DNA of 64,000 nt from an uncultured virus (IMG/VR IMGVR_UViG_3300015608_002806). Taxonomy: Duplodnaviria; Heunggongvirae; Uroviricota; Caudoviricetes. The notes under the pieces were generated by a model, which was not told the DNA's origin, ran no database searches, and saw nothing but the letters and a program-made list of their open reading frames with translations. Shown in pieces: positions 58,951 through 64,000 of this stretch. The stretch is taken from IMG/VR virus record IMGVR_UViG_3300015608_002806. One strand, written 5' to 3'. The position numbers were made by a program, and so were the translations under genes. Within the stretch, counting starts at the first letter, position 1, and each line of letters begins with the position of its first letter.

Positions 58951-61900
58951 TTATCTTATTTTCAGAATCTTTTGAGGATATATACCATTTTGTTCTTGGG
59001 CTTTCCATGTAAATTTTCCAATTTTTTCACCTCTTTGTGATTCTGCCCATTGGTTTTGCATTGCTGCTGTATTAATTATGCGACCATCAAAATTATATTC
59101 TTTTGTTTTGATAAATGATTCATAATATTTTACTTTATTTCTTTCAAGAATATGACTTTCTATTACATTCAAAACACCTTGAGATGAATTCATAGAAGCA
59201 GGTATTATTTGTCTAATAATTTCAGAAATAGAATTGTCAAACCATTTATAATATCTTAAATACGAGTCCACTTTTTTAACATTATTTAATTTTGAAAAGA
59301 AAAATTCTCTTATTTTTTCCAAAGATTTATATGAGTGTCTATATTTTTCGTATTCATTTCCTATTAAATCATTAAATTCCTCTGTTGAATGAAATAAATT
59401 TAAAATTTCTTCATTTATTACACTATACATACTATTTTCGATTGTATAATAAAATTTTGAAGGATGTTTTTGTTTATCAAAATAATAACTTTCATCATCA
59501 TCAATTTGTATAAAATCTGATCCATTAAAATTTCCAATTTCTCTATTTTTACCAACTACAACATAGTTGTTATCAATCATTGAATCATCATTTACATTAA
59601 ATCCATATCCCTTTCCTGTAATTTTTTTATCAAAATGATAAGCATAATCACTTTCATCTGTAATACTATTATGTAGATAAGAAGTTCCAGAAATCAATGA
59701 TTCAACATATAAATTTCCATTAGAATTAGAACCAGTAATATTTTCAAAATCCCATACCATAATTGGTGTCATATAATTAGGTAAATAAAGCTGAGGTATT
59801 CCTGTGCCATAAGCGGTATTATTATATTCAGCAACATTTTGAATAATATTAAATGGTCTTGAAGATGATATAGTTCCGTAATTAAAAACATCAATTGCAT
59901 GATTTTTTAAAATATCAACATCGAATGTGTTGACATATATTTTTGATGAAATAAATTTTGCTAATGTTGGACAAACAACAGAACCTGTGAAATTTGTTCT
60001 ATATGCACCAATGAATGGTTTTTTATCCATTGCCATCCATTGTGATATTGTAAAATTTGGATATCCTTCAAAAGTATTTTGATCAATAGTAGCAGAAATA
60101 ACAAAACTATCAACAATTTCTCCACCAGCAACTTTGTTTCCATATAAAAACAAACAATTATTATATTCATTTGGATATGAACTAAATATTAAATCAGAAG
60201 ATCTTGTTGCTTGTAATGCAAGAGTCCATTGAGTATCACTGTAAACATCCAAATATTCTGTTTCTGCTGATTTTATGCCATTTCCACCAGATAATCTTAA
60301 TATAAATTTAGCTTTTGATGAATTTTTTTCTTTTTTAGAAATAAAAATTATTGATGAACTGCAAAATGTTCCATCATATTTTTCTGTATTTGTTTCATTT
60401 GTATTTTGAAACCACGTTCCATTACCCTCCAAATAATAACCAACAGGAATTAAACCAAATAAAGACGCAGATGTATATGATTCAGGAATTTGTCGATAAA
60501 ACAAATCCAATTCATTGTCAAATTTTGGAAAATTTATTGTTGTCTCAAAACACAGTCCGCCGCTATCATTTTCATTTGTATTAAAAGGAATATATGCAAT
60601 TTCATCTCCAATATTTTCATTTAAAACATGAGAAAATACATTACAATTAATATTATTGTAATTATTTAACCCAGATAAATCTAAAAATTTCTTTTTTCTC
60701 AATGTAATATTTCTGTTATTTGTTATTTTAAATTTTTCTTTATCTGAATAAATTTTTATTTTCAACAAATCATCATCAACACCAAAAGATCGGAAAACAT
60801 TTCTAAATGACTCTTGCGTTCCTTTTGATTTATAAATTGATAATAAATTATTATATATATTTTTATATATATGTGATTTAATTTTTTCTATATTTCTTTC
60901 AAATATTATTCTTTCGTCTTTATTGTTAAAATATTCATTTTCAGATATTGTTGAAAAAATATCTGAAACTAATAAACCATGACTTTCAAGAAGTCTAGAT
61001 GCTACTTCAAAATTATAAGAACCTGATTCTAAATAATTTACATTTCTAACTTTTGTTAATTCTGAAATTTCTAGAAAAATTTCATCAAATTTAGAACCAA
61101 CAATATGAGAAAGTTTCATCAGATCTTGATTTGTGTCATAATCTTCATCTTGAATGTGTTGTGGAAATAAATTTAAAAATGAATTACCATTTTTATTATC
61201 ATATTCTTGACCAATATCTGAATAATATGATTGTGTATACAATACATCTGTATGAAAATTATAAATTATTGGATCTTGTTGTTCATATAGTCCATAATCA
61301 ATATATGCGGAACCAGTATTTCTAAAATTTGATGAATATCCAATAAAATATCCATTAGTATTTCTTCCAGAGTAATCTAAAATATTTGCATCAATTGATG
61401 ATGTTTGTGTTATTCCTTCATTGAATTTATAATAAACACCCAATGATGAAGAAATTATTTCATTGTCTGAATTTGTACCTCCATAAACATTGCAATACCA
61501 ATTCTTTTTTATTTCCTCTTCTGTTAATGCTCTTTTCCAAAATCTAAAATCATCAATATATGTATCGTATAATGGATTATATCCATCAGACAATGATGAA
61601 CTGCAAACAGAACCTATTGTTCCTGTTAATGAAATTAATTGACCCAAAACAAGTCCAGTTTGATTGTTTGTTATTGTTGTGTTGCTTTTTTGACCATTTA
61701 TCCATAAACTTAATACAGATTTATGACCTGAGCTATTTGTATAGCTAACAACAGCTGTGATTTGTTTCCATCCTAATCCTAACAGTTTAAATGTACCACT
61801 GTTTCCTGTAAAAATATCAGTTGAACCATTTTCAGCACCTAAGCTTGCGTTACCTGCAATATAATTGCTAATGTTCCATGTGTATAAATTTAGACAATTA

Positions 61901-62505
61901 ATTGGATTGCCAATAGAGCCAGAATTTGTCCATAAACTAACAAGCGCCTCATAATCAGTTGATTGTCTTGATTTATATCCATCTTTTTTAACCCAGAACT
62001 GAACAGTAAAACCATCTTCAGGATAGAAACCCAAATTAATATCTCTTGTTGATGATAAATAAATATTATCTACATTTAATCCACTTTGAGACATTTGAAT
62101 ATATCTTGTGTTTGTATATTTTTTAAATATTGAAGAAACAGTATCTGTTAATGATCCTATATTTGTATCAAAATATATACATCCTCTTGATTTTGGATAA
62201 ATATTTTCATATATATAATCATCCACATAAGATGAAGATATATGCCATTCAATTATTTCTTTTTGTGAGCCGTCATATGGAAATGTATTGTATATTCTTG
62301 AAAAAGAATTATTGTAATATTCTTTTGCTAAACCAAATTTAACAAAATTATCAGGAATTGAAAAATTTATATTTGGAAAATTCTTTTTTTTATAAGAATT
62401 TGCAGCAACAATTAGACCAGTGCTTTCAATAGATGAAGTAAATTCATCTAATGATGTATTTGTTTGTATTGCTTTAGATTCTTCAAAAAGTGATTTAATA
62501 CTCAT
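58951..62505 (-). CDS. Large baseplate wedge-like protein with LamG domain
   Basis: FTVQFWVK...LWING...IDDFRFWKRALT.EEI; FDEI...I, YKSKGT..S......FG (P2 gpI / T4 gp7-like); VIE.HILERNK. Confidence 0.7.
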   Translation of the reverse strand: MSIKSLFEESKAIQTNTSLDEFTSSIESTGLIVAANSYKKKNFPNINFSIPDNFVKFGLAKEYYNNSFSRIYNTFPYDGSQKEIIEWHISSSYVDDYIYENIYPKSRGCIYFDTNIGSLTDTVSSIFKKYTNTRYIQMSQSGLNVDNIYLSSTRDINLGFYPEDGFTVQFWVKKDGYKSRQSTDYEALVSLWTNSGSIGNPINCLNLYTWNISNYIAGNASLGAENGSTDIFTGNSGTFKLLGLGWKQITAVVSYTNSSGHKSVLSLWINGQKSNTTITNNQTGLVLGQLISLTGTIGSVCSSSLSDGYNPLYDTYIDDFRFWKRALTEEEIKKNWYCNVYGGTNSDNEIISSSLGVYYKFNEGITQTSSIDANILDYSGRNTNGYFIGYSSNFRNTGSAYIDYGLYEQQDPIIYNFHTDVLYTQSYYSDIGQEYDNKNGNSFLNLFPQHIQDEDYDTNQDLMKLSHIVGSKFDEIFLEISELTKVRNVNYLESGSYNFEVASRLLESHGLLVSDIFSTISENEYFNNKDERIIFERNIEKIKSHIYKNIYNNLLSIYKSKGTQESFRNVFRSFGVDDDLLKIKIYSDKEKFKITNNRNITLRKKKFLDLSGLNNYNNINCNVFSHVLNENIGDEIAYIPFNTNENDSGGLCFETTINFPKFDNELDLFYRQIPESYTSASLFGLIPVGYYLEGNGTWFQNTNETNTEKYDGTFCSSSIIFISKKEKNSSKAKFILRLSGGNGIKSAETEYLDVYSDTQWTLALQATRSSDLIFSSYPNEYNNCLFLYGNKVAGGEIVDSFVISATIDQNTFEGYPNFTISQWMAMDKKPFIGAYRTNFTGSVVCPTLAKFISSKIYVNTFDVDILKNHAIDVFNYGTISSSRPFNIIQNVAEYNNTAYGTGIPQLYLPNYMTPIMVWDFENITGSNSNGNLYVESLISGTSYLHNSITDESDYAYHFDKKITGKGYGFNVNDDSMIDNNYVVVGKNREIGNFNGSDFIQIDDDESYYFDKQKHPSKFYYTIENSMYSVINEEILNLFHSTEEFNDLIGNEYEKYRHSYKSLEKIREFFFSKLNNVKKVDSYLRYYKWFDNSISEIIRQIIPASMNSSQGVLNVIESHILERNKVKYYESFIKTKEYNFDGRIINTAAMQNQWAESQRGEKIGKFTWKAQEQNGIYPQKILKIR

Positions 62506-62724
62506 TTATTTAATTCTTATCCCATTTTCCCAATATTCTTGTCTTGTTATATTTCCATCTTCATCATATACAATAATGGCAGGACCATTCTCGTTATGAA
62601 AATGACCATTTTCATTTTTGCATATTAATTCAATTGTATATCCATCATTATTTATTTTCGATGGTGGATTGTATTTAATTCCATCAATTATTGAATCAAT
62701 TTTGTATAATGTGCTTATTATCAT
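62506..62724 (-). CDS. HNENGPA-repeat protein, 1 repeat (minimal family A member)
   Basis: 72 aa: N-cap, single repeat and C-cap. Confidence 0.88.
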   Translation of the reverse strand: MIISTLYKIDSIIDGIKYNPPSKINNDGYTIELICKNENGHFHNENGPAIIVYDEDGNITRQEYWENGIRIK

Positions 62725-63992
62725 TATTTTACTAAAAATTTAAAACTAAATGGTAATTCTTTTTTATGATTATCAATTATATTAAGAAATTTTATTTTAT
62801 ACATATAATTTGGCTCAAATAATGACATATTCAAATCAAAATAATTGCCCTCTGAATTGTAAGATAATTTTGTAAATTCAACAGTTCCAGTTCCATATGG
62901 TATAACATTATATCCATCAATTAATTTATCAACTTTATAATATAAATTCTCTAATATTTCATTTATTTGTTTTTCTTGATATGTTAAATAATAATTAGGT
63001 TTCCAATTTTTTCTAGTAATAGAAAGTTTTAATCTTGGTTTTTCTATTATTGAATATTCCTGTTTTAAATTTTTTATATTTACAACAAACTCTTCATCAA
63101 CAGAATAAGAATCATCCATAAAATTTTTCATTTCTATTGAAGAATTATAATAATTTTCAGAACCAGAAAACCAAAAATCATATATTGTTCCTGTTAAATT
63201 TGTATAAAAAGAACAAGAATATACTCCAGTTTTACAATAACCACCTGTAAATGTTTCAAATGCTGGTGCTTGTCCAGATGAATTTGTGTAAATAGACATA
63301 TAAATAGAACCTGTTCCTATTGATGGAATATTTTTTAGCACGCCTCTAATATAATTATAAAAATAAATAGTATTTATGTTTTCAATTCCTGCATTTGATG
63401 CAGATGTGAAACAATTAATTCTATCATCTTCAATACAATCATTCCATCTTGCTTCAATATATGGTCGTAAATAAAAAAACTCTGACGTTCTTGAAAAGAA
63501 TTTTTTATTATAATAACTTTGTGTTGTGTTCTGATATGATGATGAAAACAATACAGCAAATCCATTATTTTGCACTGTTCCTGAAATTAAAGCTCTAACC
63601 ATTGAAGAAATATCAACATAAAAATCTTCAGAGCCAGATGAAAAAAATTGTTGAACAGAATACGTTGAAGACAACAAATCTCCACCAGGAGTTGTCCACA
63701 ATACATTGTCTGATGATGATAACCAATTAGCAGACCCAAGATCTGTAAAATTATATTGATCTTGTCCAGAACCTTCTGTAAAAGATTTATTCAACAAAGT
63801 AGCAATCAAAATATAATCTTTTGGAAGAGTTTCGGCATGTCTTGCATTAGACAGTTTTAAATAATATTCAGCTGAAGCTGGTATAGTCTGTGCATTTATA
63901 TCAGCTATTATTTCATTGATTGGAAAATGCAATAAAATTCTGCTTTGTTTATTTAAAAAACTTGCGGTTTCTAGTCCGTTTTGATTCCACAA
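62724..63992 (-). CDS. Structural protein with DNRLRE-like domain (5' end probably outside the window)
   Basis: SRILLHF, W.TPGGD, N.GF.V, KKFFSR, PYIEARW.D; C-terminal FTKLSY..EGNYF.L.M..F.P...Y. Confidence 0.62.
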   Translation of the reverse strand: MWNQNGLETASFLNKQSRILLHFPINEIIADINAQTIPASAEYYLKLSNARHAETLPKDYILIATLLNKSFTEGSGQDQYNFTDLGSANWLSSSDNVLWTTPGGDLLSSTYSVQQFFSSGSEDFYVDISSMVRALISGTVQNNGFAVLFSSSYQNTTQSYYNKKFFSRTSEFFYLRPYIEARWNDCIEDDRINCFTSASNAGIENINTIYFYNYIRGVLKNIPSIGTGSIYMSIYTNSSGQAPAFETFTGGYCKTGVYSCSFYTNLTGTIYDFWFSGSENYYNSSIEMKNFMDDSYSVDEEFVVNIKNLKQEYSIIEKPRLKLSITRKNWKPNYYLTYQEKQINEILENLYYKVDKLIDGYNVIPYGTGTVEFTKLSYNSEGNYFDLNMSLFEPNYMYKIKFLNIIDNHKKELPFSFKFLVK

Positions 63993-64000
63993 AACAAAAG

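Larger units (their letters stand above)
3278..63992 (-). mobile_element. Large T4-like myophage (probable jumbo phage) genome segment: head, neck, tail and baseplate morphogenesis region
   Basis: Co-oriented, tightly packed genes with recognisable terminase, portal, prohead protease, neck, sheath, tube, tape measure, primase and resolvase; no cellular housekeeping context. Confidence 0.93.

Noticed and set aside
3683..62724. Diversity-generating retroelement as the source of repeat-gene variation
   Set aside because: No reverse transcriptase or non-coding template repeat in the window; many adenines (AAT GGA AAT) are invariant and synonymous C/T changes occur, so variation is not adenine-specific. 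An RT elsewhere in the genome cannot be excluded.
6942..63565. Numerous 60-135-aa ORFs antisense to or nested in long genes
   Set aside because: Shadows of real genes with no independent support
3278..63992. Stop-codon reassignment (alternative genetic code)
   Set aside because: Genes are full length and tightly packed under the standard code; TAA, TGA and TAG all end genes; the single in-frame TAA is in a frameshifted pseudogene
1..64000. tRNA or rRNA genes, integrase or att sites
   Set aside because: None recognisable by eye; a covariance-model scan would be needed to exclude small RNAs in 1-3270

Overview
Most of this AT-rich window (about 3.3-64 kb, almost entirely minus strand) is the virion morphogenesis region of a large T4-like myophage, probably a jumbo phage. 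It encodes baseplate and LamG proteins, a RuvC-like resolvase, a primase, a holin/spanin-like cassette, terminase large subunit, an intein-containing portal, prohead protease, a bS21-like ribosomal protein, neck proteins, Ig-domain proteins, tail sheath, tail tube and tape measure. No major capsid gene is recognisable here. The most unusual feature is nine dispersed, near-identical but mosaic genes built from 1-5 copies of an exact 28-aa (84-bp) HNENGPA repeat (72/100/128/156/184 aa). Almost all sit at stop/start junctions reading AAATAAATG or a close variant, within the structural operons. A second, more divergent 'M(K/I)INT...YFDIN' family forms an array at 3.3-6.0 kb, and one apparent hybrid gene links the two families. 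Other points of interest: a Pro-initiated, class 3-like HNH intein in the portal, a pervasive [ST]-[GAS]-[ST] motif in virion proteins, a decayed PD-(D/E)XK nuclease, and a GC-richer, hairpin-rich left end separated by an assembly gap. All calls come from motif recognition by eye; no searches were run.
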